From the NCBI RefSeq assembly GCF_001194135.2, contig NC_069006.1, forward strand, positions 17,555,048-17,619,047: 64,000 nt of DNA. Reading direction: 5' to 3'. Below the pieces are notes generated by a model. It saw only the letters and a program-made list of their open reading frames with translations, was not told the origin of the DNA and ran no database searches. The translations under genes were made by a program, and so were the position numbers. Below, piece by piece: positions 12,817 through 24,788 of the stretch (the stretch's first letter is position 1; each line of letters begins with the position of its first letter). The DNA is from Octopus bimaculoides (Eukaryota).

Positions 12817-13172
12817 ATCTTTTACTTGTTTCAGTCATTGGACTGTGGCCTTGCTGGAGCATTGCCAAGGACTTAGTCAAACAACACCAGTGCTTATTTT
12901 ATTTTTAAGTTTATTCTATTGGTCTCTGAACCATTATGCAAACAGTAAACAAACCAACACTTGTTTTCAAAGATACACACATGTATATATACATACATAT
13001 ATACACACAAACACTATAGGCCTCTTTCAGTTTTCATCTTTCAAATTTACTTATAAGGCTTTGGTTGGCCCAAGGCTGTAGTAGAAAACACTTGCCTAGG
13101 GTGTCACACAGGGACTGAACCTGGAGTCATGTGACTGGGAAGCAAACTTCTTATTACATCACCACACCTGTT
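12817..13172 (-). mobile_element. Family A SINE, diverged
   Basis: Homologous to 6384-6789 along its length. Confidence 0.8.
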
Positions 13173-13347
13173 CATGTATTTATTATGCATCCATATGTAT
13201 ATGCAGATTTACATCACACTGATGAAGTCCAGCCTGAACATCATGCCGATGGTGTTTGGGTTTTTTGTAAACAAACTGAGAATACTCAATCTCTTATAAA
13301 CCAATAAGGGGGTTGTGGAGCTGAGCAAGCAACTCAAAATCTTATTC

Positions 13348-13562
13348 GTTTCTAATCTAGGCACAAGGCCCGAAATTTTAGGGGAGGGTGCCCAGTCAAT
13401 TAAATCAACCCTAGTACACAATTGGTTCTTCATTTATTGACTCCGAAAGGATGAAAGGCAAAGTTGACTTCAACAGAATTTGAACTCGCAATGTAAAGAC
13501 AGACGAAATACTACTAAGTATTGCGCCTGGCGTGCTAACGATTCTGCCAGCTCGCTGCCTTA
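13348..13562 (-). mobile_element. Family B2 SINE
   Basis: CGAAAGGATGAAAGGCAAAGTTGAC...TTTGAACTC...GCCAGCTCGCTGCC, with the B2 tail GGCACAAGGCC. Confidence 0.85.
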
Positions 13563-13640
13563 ATTCTTATTGCCAAACCCAGTACAGGATCCATGTTCTT
13601 TGTTTTTTACTCTTACATACAAATATATATATATATATAT

Positions 13641-13679
<39 letters not shown>

Positions 13680-13855
13680 NNNNNNNNNNNNNNNNNNNNN
13701 NNNNNNNNNNNNNNNNNNNNNNNNNNNNNNNNNNNNNNNNNNNNNNNNNNNNNNNNNNNNNNNNNNNNNNNNNNNNNNNNNNNNNNNNNNNNNNNNNNNN
13801 NNNNNNNNNNNNNNNNNNNNNNNNNNNNNNNNNNNNNNNNNNNNNNNNNNNNNNN

Positions 13856-13904
<49 letters not shown>

Positions 13905-14742
13905 TATATTTGTATGTATGTAATTGTGTATGTGTGCGTGCATATGCATATGTGTGTATATGCATATATATGTATATTTGTATATTTGTATGTATACATG
14001 TGTGTATAGGTGCGTGTGTGTGTGTGTGTATCCATATATTTATACATATGTGAATTTATGTGTATATATGTATCTGTGTTTATTATTTCTTTGTTGCAGA
14101 TCTCTTCTCTGTTGATCCATTTTATGATGACTTTTGGCTACAGAGAACAAGATTGGCTCATAAACCGATATTGAACTGTTGCTAATCAATTGATGTTCCA
14201 CTCTACACAGAACGGAGAGAGAGAGAGAGAGAAAGAGAGAGTGAGAGAAGAGAGTTAATGAAAATATTGCTGGATCTTTTAATAGTGTTTAGAAAAGCTC
14301 ACAACAAACAATGTTAAAGTGTTAAGGGTTAGTGTGGCTATGATGTTACCATCACTTTTGTACTTTGCCGACTACATAGTGTTATGGTGCAATAGTCACC
14401 AGGATGAAATCAATAACTAGATGCTTTATTGTAGCAATAAAATATCCCCTTTAACAGAGCATGCAAAGTTGATGCTAAAACGATGAGAATGGTAGGGGTA
14501 TTGATGATGATGAGTAGGATGATGACGATGATGATGGGAGGGTAGCGTGGAGTGGGATGGGGTGGTGTTGCGATGATGATGACGACTGTGATGGTAATGA
14601 TGAATGAAGATGGAATTTCAGTAGAGAATGGTGGAATATTAGATGAGAGGGAGAGATAGTTGAATGTGTGGAATGCCAGTTCTGACAGAAGCTGATGACT
14701 TTAGCTCTTCTGTTGATAATGAATGCTTTGCTGTAGTTGTTG

Positions 14743-14774
<32 letters not shown>

Positions 14775-15966
14775 GGTGGTGGTGATGATGTCTCTCTGAA
14801 ATTAGAACTCATTTATTAAGTGAATCCACTGAGGAAACTACTTTGTAATACTCCGAAATGATGAAGCTGATGATGATAGCTTAAGCATGTTTGTTTCTCT
14901 CTCTGTTTAAACAGCCATCCGCCCACCTCAGTTTAAATATCTGCCACAGCCCCCCCAGGGACTCATGAGTGCCAGTTCTTAGCTCAGTTTTCACGGTATT
15001 GAGAGAGAGAGAGAGTGAGAAATTAATATATTTCCTTTGGATAGGACGACGCCAAGTGTGTCTTAAGTGAGGCTTGCGCAAGCTCTGTGTAAGTGTGTGT
15101 GTGTGTGAGTATTTATTCCTATGTGGGCCAGGGTTGGAAGATAAAAAGCAAGAAATGAAATTTACTGCTCCAGTACACTATCAAATCCCTGAGGTGGAAT
15201 TGAACTCAGCACCTTTGAGTTGGTAGTACAATACACCTGTTTGACTTTGTTGCATCAGTGTTTGCGTATCATTCCTCTGGGCTGTGTTTTGTCAGTCAAA
15301 GCAGAAAATGAAAAACGTGTTAAATTTGGTATAAAAAAAACAAAAAAAAACAAACAACAAATAAATCCTTCTAGTGAAAATAATTATTTTCTTTTTTTTT
15401 GCAACCAGTTGCTTGTGCTAATGATCATAACTGTTGCTGCTGTTTTTTAGCCCTGAGTCAACCCTAATAGAGCATACAAACCTGTGATCAAAGCCAATCT
15501 TACTATAACCATAACATCTTTTATTCCATAGTTTGCATCTACCACTGCCTTCTTCCATATTTTAAGATGGTAAAATATGATTTGAGTGAAGTTTGGCTGC
15601 TGTTTCTTGTATTGATTATCTACAAGCCATTGCTTTGTCTGGTGCGATGCCATATTAATGCACCAAAGTGCCTAGAAGTCGTTTTAGACCATTTTCTTGT
15701 GGAATGTAATTCCTGTTCTAATACAGCTTCATTTCAGTTAAACAAACACAATGTGACAGATACAGTGATAGATGATGACATCTCTCAGAGTAAAAGTAGC
15801 CACCTAGCAGCGAAGATGTGTCTGTGTGTAAGGTGAAACTGGCTTGTCTTGCATGCCAATCCTTATATTTAACAGCCAACAATTACAACTATAGATTTGG
15901 CCTCTTGTAGTCACCAAAAAAAAAAAAANNNNNNNNNNATAATAATAATAATAATAATAAAACTGA

Positions 15967-16231
15967 TAGGCACAGGACTGGCTGTGTGGTAAAAAGTTTG
16001 CTTCCCAACCACATGGTTCTGGGTTTAGCCCCACTGTATGGTACTTTAGGCAAATGTCTTATGTTATTGCCTTGGGCCGACCAAAGCCTTGTAAGTAGAT
16101 TTGGTAGGCAGGAACTGATAGAAGCCTATTGTGTGTGTGTGTGTGTGTATATAAATATATTGGGTCACCCGTAAATAATGCAGTTTTTTCAATTGCATGA
16201 ACTAAATAAAAGAAGTATAAAAAAAAACTAC

Positions 16232-16269
<38 letters not shown>

Positions 16270-16452
16270 TAGGTGGGTGGGTGTCTTTGTGTTTGTTGCC
16301 CCGCCAAAACTTGGCAACTGGTGTTGGTTTGTTTATGTCCCTGCAGTTCAGCAATAAGAGACCAATAAAATTCTGGTTGGTTTGTTTAACTAAACTCCTC
16401 AAGGTGGTGCCCCAGCATGACCACCGTACAATAGCTGAAACAAGTAAAAAGT
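15967..16452 (+). mobile_element. Family A SINE
   Basis: TGGCTGTGTGGTAAAAAG head through an AAACAAGTAAAAAG tail. Confidence 0.85.
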
Positions 16453-16519
16453 ATAAACCCCCGCCTCGTATCACACTCTTGCTATATCGGTTTTAAAAAA
16501 AGGAGGTGGGAAGGATCCA

Positions 16520-16663
16520 TTAGATAAAGTAGCCCAAAACACCTTGTGCCTATATCTTTAGTGTATTGAGGACTACATTAGGGAGAAAATGTGTGAGTGG
16601 TAACATATGGAATGCCTTTGATCGTGGATCTTAGATCTTCTTGATCAGGTTCTGTTAGGGACT

Positions 16664-16694
<31 letters not shown>

Positions 16695-16695
16695 T
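16520..16695 (+). mobile_element. Family F repeat, representative copy (diverged copies near 1071, 6200, 15425, 25850, 26100, 27600, 37040, 45335, 50090, 55490, 61470 and 61790)
   Basis: Recurrent blocks across copies: GCTAGAAATAGCAGCCAAATCTCCCTCAAATC, GGATAATGTAGTCCTAG and TGATCATAGGTCTGC...GACCTGGGGCTAAACAAC. This copy has a (CAT)n end. Confidence 0.65.
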
Positions 16696-18360
16696 TACAA
16701 ACCAACCGGCAATTTTTTTCTTCTTCTTCTGCTCGCTTGATTTATTGTGTGAAGTCAACTTTGATATCTCTTGAACTAACTGGGACAGGAAGTTCAACCC
16801 CCAACTCTATCCCGTTTAACCTTTTGCTTATGTTGGTTTAAGGATCTCTCTTGATTATGTAACAATGGCATTCAGAGTGAACATGGAGTGCAGCCCTCCC
16901 ATTTCCCCATCCCTTCTTTTTGTGCACCCATCATCAGATCACACTGACCAATCAGCGTTATTCTCCCTCTAAATGTGCCTGCTCCTAAACCAACCTTCTC
17001 CATATGCATTGATGCACCAAATTTTCTATAGAGTTAATACGTGTCTCCACCCAGCAACCTGACATGCTAGAGATAGCAGCTAGATTTTGAATTCCTATTC
17101 TGCTATCTTTAAAACAATACAAGGAAGAACACATTAGAACACAATCATGCTGGGGCACTGCCTTGAAGAATTTTAGTTGAACAAATCAACCCACTACTTT
17201 TTTTTAAAGCCTAGTACCTATTTTATCAGTAACTTTCATCAAACTGCTAAGTTACTGACTGTAAACACCAATTATCAAGTAGTGATGGTGGTGAGGGCAA
17301 ACTCAGACGCAAAGACAAATATTCTTTCTCTCTCTTTTTCTAAGTCTCTTTTTTTTTTCCTTCTATTTCTACTCTCTACTCTGTTTTGTCTTCTATCAAT
17401 CTTCCCTTTGTACTCCGCTTATTAAACTGTGAGTAAAGGAAGCTTAAGATGAGAATCTTGAGCATGAAATACATAAAGAACTAGGAATCAAAACCTCACC
17501 TTCATATTGTAAACTTACCTCATAACAAACTTACTGCTTATTCTGCAACAATTTTCATTAAACTTCAATATTGAAATACACACACACACACACACACAAT
17601 TTTCTTCTTCGTCAGTCAACCCCCTTTCTTTCTAATAGATATCCCTGAAGGCTGTGGCCCCTAGATCCCTGAAGGCTGTAGCCCTAGATCTTCCTCTCAG
17701 CAAACTACCATAGCACTTCCATTTCCAAAGTGCCTCTTCAGGTTGTTGACATAACTCAACATAAATTAAGGATTTATTTCTAATTAAACTGTCAGCACAC
17801 CTCTTCAACAGTTGTTACAGCTATTGATTTTCATAATGTGTGCCATGTGTTGTGTGTCTGGGAATTCATGTGTGTGTGAGTTTATATATGTGTATTTAAA
17901 TCTTTTTTTTTTAATTATTGTTAATGCCTGTTCACACACTTTGGCCATTCCATAGTATGTATATGTTTGCCTCCGAGTGAGTGTTTGTGGATGTGCTTTC
18001 TAGTACTTTGTGGGTGTGAAAGAGAATTTTGTGAAAGCAAGATTTGAGAAAGTTGTGTAAAATATTGTAAAATATTTGTTTTCTGCTTGAGATCACTGAT
18101 TCTGTGTCAAGAGTGAGAAATAAACCTTTACCTCGTTAGCAAGCGATCAAGTGTTTATTTTCTTGTCACCTTGTTCACCTGGTAGGTCCTGCCCCTAGCT
18201 ATCATTTTATTATAAATTGCTTTACTTACACAGGGCTTCTTCTAATTGAAAACTCTCCTTCCAGGCCTTTGCATTTTGTAAACTTGTTATAGGTATATTG
18301 GACGAATACTTTAATATATTCTGTAATAATGATTGAAACTGAATAAGAAATCTCTCAAAC

Positions 18361-19162
18361 ATGGCTATTGGGTTAAAAAGCTTGTTTCCCAATCGTGTTG
18401 TTTTTGGGTTCTGTTTCACCGCACAGCAATTTGGGCAGCTGTCTTCTGCTATAGCCCCAGGCCAACCAAAATCTTGTGAGTGATTTGATAGACAGAAACT
18501 GAAAGAAGCCTGTTGTAGTGTGTGTATACACACATGTGCATATGTTCGTTTGTTTACATCTGCAGTTGCTTTCATGAAAGTGCAACGTGCAGTTTTAGTT
18601 TCTTCTTTGTGCTTTTGCATCTGTGTTGGATAAGTGATCCCTTACTTGAAAAAGAAAAGGGGTGGGGTTGTGACAAGAAAAGGATCCGGCTGTCAAACAA
18701 TGCTCCAAATTAGATGACCAATAAAAAAAATATGGGTGTATAATGGACTTAAAATGAATGCGGATGTGACTGTGTGGTAAGAAGTTTGCTTCCAAACTAC
18801 ATGATTCTAGCTTCAGTCCCACTGTGTAGCACTTTAGACTATTGTCTTCTGCTATAAGCCCAGGCTACCCAAAAGCCTTGTGAGTGCGTTTGATAGACAG
18901 AGACTGAAGAATCCCATTGTGCGTGTGCATACAATGTATGTGTTGTGTTTGTCTCCCCCTCCCCCCACTACTTGACAACTGGCGTTGAAATGTTTACATC
19001 CCCATAACTTAGCGGTTTGGCAAAAGAGGACTGATAGGGTCGCCACCAAAAAATTTTTTTAAATAAGTACTGGGATGAAAGGTGGTCAATCTTTTTGACT
19101 AAACCTTTTAAGGCAGGGCTCCAGCATGACTAGTCAAATGATTAAAACAAGTAAAAGATAAG
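18361..19162 (+). mobile_element. Two family A SINEs (5' half at 18361-18530; full copy at 18762-19162)
   Basis: Same head, CORE-like block and tail as the other A copies. Confidence 0.85.
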
Positions 19163-19297
19163 ATAGATATGCACATACACATGTATTTGTGTGTGTACGG
19201 TATGTAATGTACCGGTTAGTGTCTTTAACAAAGGAAAAACAAATTAACATAGCAGTAGTTAATGTGCCAGTAGTATATTTGTGCATAAATTTATGTG

Positions 19298-19338
<41 letters not shown>

Positions 19339-20089
19339 CTTCCTCGGTAGGAATGTTTTGTGTCCCTGACCTGTGCAGGCCCCCCAAATACTGGTGATAT
19401 TGATGCAGCTGGTGTGTAGGTCACTGACTGTAGGAAAGAATGTGAGCAGGAAGGGAATTGTAGTAGGTTGACTTTCTGAGGTTGAGAGAGGAGGATTGGA
19501 ATTAAATAGCTAATAGCTATATGTGTGGTTAAATGCGTCTTCTGTCTCTCTGTTGTCACTTGCAATCTTGTGTGACTTGGTAAAAGAAAATGAAAAAGAA
19601 CTTTCCTTTTCATGCCTCATGAACAGATATATGTATGTACACACACACACACATAGCCATAAATATTTGGCTTTTGGTTGCCTTTAACATAGTCCATTCA
19701 CTTTATTGCAATTTTTCAAACCATGCAAATCCTTTCCTCTCTTTGCTTATGCTTTTTTATGCTAGCACTGACCTGTTGGTGTTTAGGTTGGACATTGGAT
19801 GCTGCATGAATCACTTTCATCTGCAAAGGTCATGGGGAGAGATCCATTTTCTCACTCTCTCATGAAAAAAAAAAAAAAGGGTGTGTATCCATTGTTTCAC
19901 TGCCCATTTTTACATGCTTGTATAGTAGATCAGACAGGTGTAGGAAGGAAGTTAGCTTCAATCAAGCTGTAGTAAATATAAAGAACAACTTTCAGGGACA
20001 ATAGTGGCTTATTGAGACAGAAAATTGTGGATTTTTTTTTTCTTATTGAAATACAATAAATTGAAAAAAGTTCTTTTTATATTTCACAG

Positions 20090-20111
20090 TAGGCAACACC
20101 AGAGTTGCCAG
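20090..20111 (+). other. Candidate micro-exon (22 nt, or 19 nt from 20093)
   Basis: ttctttttatatttcacag|TAG|GCAACACCAGAGTTGCCAG|gtatgt: pyrimidine tract, NAGNAG acceptor and consensus donor. Confidence 0.4.
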
Positions 20112-20125
20112 GTATGTGAATAAGA

Positions 20126-20369
20126 ATACAAGAGTTAAAGAATGGAGCAGATAAGATGTGGGCTTCATGTTTCATAGTGAGTGGAACCTCGGAAGTGGTA
20201 AATATCTAAGCGAGGTGTATACCACAGGCTGCTCTAATCAAGATATCCTCGGCTTAAAGAGCAGCCCGCGGTATACACCTTGCTTGGATACTTACCACTT
20301 CCGAGGTTCTGCTCAATATGAAACAAATGTAGCCCAGATCTTATCAACTCCATTCCTTAACTCTTGTAT
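20126..20369. repeat. 244-bp palindrome (foldback, MITE-like)
   Basis: Arms align at 97/110 nt plus a 2-nt gap; centre GATATC at 20242-20247. Confidence 0.9.
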
Positions 20370-21004
20370 GTATGTATGTATGTATGTATGTATGTATGTA
20401 TATGTTCTGCAGCCATCACACCTGTACTACAGCCATTACAACAATAATCCCACTGTGATACCTTTATCCCTGTCATTGTGCCTCCACTACATCCCCCCCA
20501 CACACACACACACACCTATAAACTATAACTAATCTAGGCCCCATAAACTACACCTCAGCCACTACAATTATACTCCAGATGCTACTTGCTAATCCCAGGG
20601 GAAAAAAAAAAAAAATCACATGTATCTGATATATGTGAGCAGTTCCCAGTTGGAGGTGGGGCTGGTGTTGTGTTACTAAATCATTGATGTAGTTGTGAGG
20701 TTGACATCTTCCATTTGACCCTCCACTTGTTAATTGACAGCAGTTTGACCTTTCATGTAGCAAAACGATACCTGCTGCTGTTTGACCTTTTCTGAAGTGG
20801 TTGACACTTAACAAATTGACACCTATTTGTTGACCTTTCTATGTTGACATCTGTAAGTGGTGGTGGCTGAGGCGGTGAAGCCTTTTCTGCTGTTTCTCTC
20901 TCTCTTCCTGTTGTCACATGAAGTAAAGAGTTGTCTTCTCTTTGTTGTTATTCCAACATTGGAGGAGAGAGGGATGAGGAAGACAAAACTGAGGTGGTTA
21001 AGAA

Positions 21005-21200
21005 ACAAACCAAAACTGCTTGCCCTTTTAGTATTCTGGACAAAATGCTTGGCTGTCTTTCTTCCAGCTTTACATTTTAAGTTCGAATTCTGCCGAGGTT
21101 GACTTTGCTTTTCATCCTCCTCTCAGGGTCAATAGAATAAGTACCAGTTGAGCACTGGGACCCTTCCCAACTTGTGCCTTTAGTAGAAAGAAAGAAAAAG
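21005..21200 (+). mobile_element. Family B2 SINE
   Basis: GTTCGAATTCTGCCGAGGTTGACTTTGCTTTTCATCC...AATAAGTACCAGTTGAGCACTGGG. Confidence 0.8.
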
Positions 21201-21515
21201 AAAACAGCAGAAAACAATTAGTGCCAACGAGTCCTGGCTTTCATTCTTGCTAGAGTTTTAACTTTGCATTTCTTTGTTCCAAAAAAGCAGGAGTGGGGTG
21301 GGGGTGGGGGGTGCCAAAAACATGTGCCAGTAGGATACTGGGTTAATTATATTGACTCTAAATGACATTCTGTTTTTGGTGGGTTTGGGACATGATCTAA
21401 TCAATTATTAATTGTTAGATACGACATAATTCTTTTACAACATAATTCTTTTTATACCAACCTGTCTGAGATTGTGTCTGATTCTATGGTACACAACTTG
21501 TTGTTTGAAAGTTAT

Positions 21516-21743
21516 TTAACCCTTTAGTGTTCAGATTAATCTGTTAAATGTAATACTTTTTCACTCAAATTGTTTTGAATTAATCATACATTATCTTACA
21601 GCTTTGAAGTTTCGATGGTGTGATAGTTTATTCTTAGAATGTCAATGTAGGTTAGGTGTGAAGGGCTAGATATGGCTAGTTTGAATTTAAAACATGTAGA
21701 ATATTTGGGCCGGATATAGCTGGCTTAAACATCAAAGGGTTAA
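21516..21743 (-). mobile_element. Family D TTAA-MITE, full length (228 bp), piggyBac-like ends
   Basis: TTAACCCTTT...AAAGGGTTAA termini. TTAA+CCC ends are the established piggyBac signature. Confidence 0.8.
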
Positions 21744-22323
21744 ATTAAAACTTTCCACCAAAATTAAGTTGATGTTCCAAACACCAGCTTTATAATGACA
21801 GTTATTTTCTAAATTTTTTAAAATTATTTTCAAAATTAACTGAAACAGGCATTGTATTTTGACAGAAGTATAGTAACAAAAAGGTTCATAGTTTAGAATA
21901 GTTGGTTGTATATGTGTGATGGTCTTCAGAGACTAATATCAGAATATGGATCTACAGGAACTGTAAGTAAATGAATAGAGGTCTTTGATGCCAGAGTTAC
22001 TATGTCTTCCATTTTAGTGTCCAGAATTCAGAGATCAATAAAAGGAAAGAAGGCTGACTGAATTTAATTCTGTTTTTAAACCTTACAATTTTTTTTTTTA
22101 CCTTATTTCTGTTGAAATAAACTGGTTTTGTTTCAATTAATTTTGAAAATAATGAAGAATTTGATAAAACAACTTTGTCCTTATTAAGTTGCTATTTGGA
22201 GTATTAATTAACAAAATTAACATGAAATTTTGATAGAAGATTTTAATTTAGATCAATTTAAAACAGGAAGAGCGTATCACAGAACCAAGCGTGGTCGCTG
22301 GTAGGTTGGTATCAAATGGGTTA
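21744..22323. mobile_element. Inverted pair of family E MITEs (plus 21744-21888; minus 22075-22323)
   Basis: TTATTTTCAAAATTAACTGAAAC and its reverse complement GTTTCAATTAATTTTGAAAATAA, with flanking homology. Confidence 0.75.
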
Positions 22324-24470
22324 TACAACATTGGAGTTAGTTTTTCTGTCCTTTTCTTGTGAAATTAGGAGTTGAAATAAAAAAAATACCAGTGATATGC
22401 TGGGAGAAAGGGGGGGGGCTCAGTTAACGCAAAACTCCTCCCTATACTTGATCTCTCCCCACGAAATATTGGCCTCTTATTTATTCCATACAAATCACAA
22501 AATTCACCATGACTGTTTTTTTGAAAACTGCTTTTAAGATTTAAAAAAAAAAAAAATTTTTAATGTAAAAATATTGTTCTAGTTTATTTAAAAAAGACCT
22601 CCTACCCACCTCCTACAAAAGACTTGTTTGTCATTAGAGATAATATATATGCTTGATATTTTAATGATAACACTAAATAGTTTAATATCTTCATTTTTGG
22701 TACATTCATAACCTCTTCACAATTAATACATCCACTACACCCAACTCTCTCTCTAGCCCCATTCCTCCTCACCATTTTTGTTTTTTTTTCTTCTTATTCT
22801 ATTCTGCTAAAAAAAAATTTTATCTGTCATATATAAACATATTTCATTATTATATAACATCGTGTTATTTTTTTTTTCCGGTTATTTTCTTTCTTTATTA
22901 TTAAAGTTTAAACAAAAACGACAGAAACGACATTTAACAAACTGTATTAATATCAAAAATTTATTTAAGACATTTATTTATCTAATTATTTATTATTATT
23001 ATTATTTTTCAAAGATATGAAATTTAATTAAAGATAATATTTTATTGCAATTTTATTCATTTATTTATTTATTTATTTATTCTGTCTTGTCTTTCTTGCT
23101 TCTGTCTGTTTTTCTCAGTATTTGCATAGCGTTCATTTGTATTCACTTACACAGTGTATTGATTTCGTTGTTCTTTCTGCTATTTCTGTAGCTTGTTGTC
23201 ATAGATTAACATATTCTCTTAGTTGACAGGGGTGGAGAGCAGTGGGGGCAAATTGGGAGAGTGACTTAGCAAGACAGGCATTTTGTTGTAATAATAATAA
23301 CAATAACAATGATGATAATAATAATAATAATAATAATGGGTGTTTGAGAAATGGAAGGGAGTCATTCTTTTTCTGTTTAAATATATTTTATTGTCGTCAT
23401 TATGCTGTCTTATTTATTGTGCTGATTTGAAGTTTGAATGTGGTTATGTTTAGAAAAATGGCCTGAAAACATGTTTTCCTTTCCCCACTCCCCTTATTAT
23501 TTTTTTGTCTTCTTCTTCTCTCCCCCATATGTGAATTTGTGAACAATATGTCCTCATCCACTAACTGAACAGATATTAATGGTGGGGAAAAACAGGACTG
23601 AAACAGCATTATCCTTCATCTCTGGGCTTTAGATTACATTGTAATTAGTCCAAAGCCACCATCTTTCTCTCTCTCTCTTTCTCTTCATCATCATCACATT
23701 CTGAAATGAGTGATTCATCAGCTTCGTTGTTACAATAAGAAGGTTTTTATTGATTTTTCAGGTACAATTTTGCTGCCAAAAGCTCAGTGTTCTTCTTTTC
23801 AGCAAATTCCCAAGTTTATAAGGTTGAGGAATGTCTCTCCAAAGAGAAACATGATTGCTAACGAATGAGCATCATCAATGAGTCATCGTCGTTCCAATGA
23901 GATAGAGAGAGAGAGAGAAGGGGAAAAAGAGAGAGAGAGAGATTCCGAGACTGTTTCACTATCACTGACTTTTGAATAAGGTGACTCGGTTTACAGGAAA
24001 GCTAAACTTAGATAAGTTCTAANNNNNNNNNNCACCACCTCTTCCTAACCCTATCTGTGGCAGCTTTTGGCTGGTGAAAACTGATTATCTTTGGAAGGTG
24101 TGTGTGTGTGTGTGTGAGACTGCAAAGAGGAGGAAATAGCCCATTAATAGTTTGTTTTTAAATATAGCTCAGCTACTGTCTACACAGAGTCAATTAATTT
24201 TACATGGAAAACTGTAATTAATTATGAAAATAGCCTCTCTTTCCTTTTAGTAGATTATGTATTTTTCTCTGATTTGTTTTGTGTAAATTATTTTAATTTT
24301 AATTTGTTCTTCCTATTGAATCGTGTTTATTATTGTTATTGTTGTTGGTATTGAAAAGGTAGTTGTTCTTGTTTTAGTTCCAAATCTAGCCTGGATTCAG
24401 CAGACTTATAATCTAGGGTTTGCCAGAGATGACCATCCTTGTCTTTCATCTCTAACCTTTTATTAGTTTC

Positions 24471-24704
24471 GTATTTCTTTACTGCCAACAAGGGGCTACA
24501 CACAGAGGGGACAAACAAGGACATACAAATGGATTAAGTCGATTATATCGATCCCAGTGCGTAACTGGTACTTATTTAATAAACCCCGAAAGGATCTAAG
24601 GCAAAGTCGACCTCGGCGGAATTTGAACTCAGAATGTAGCAGCAGACGATATACCGCTAGCATTTTGCCCGGCGTGCTAACATTTCTGCCAGCTCGCCAC
24701 CTTA
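24471..24704 (-). mobile_element. Family B1 SINE with target-site duplication
   Basis: TTTATTAGTTTC at 24459-24470 and 24711-24722. Confidence 0.9.
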
Positions 24705-24788
24705 AATTAGTTTATTAGTTTCAATCAGGTTTTATTAAACCTTTTATTAGTTTCAATCAGGTTCTGTGGCCATGCTGGGGCACCCTCA

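Noticed and set aside
15567-15836. 89-aa plus-strand ORF
   Set aside because: The 5' part is an antisense family F repeat. The rest has weak splice signals and no recognisable homology.
17641-17687. 24/23-bp tandem duplication ATCCCTGAAGGCTGT(G/A)GCCC(C)TAG
   Set aside because: Ordinary two-unit slippage duplication with no further structure.
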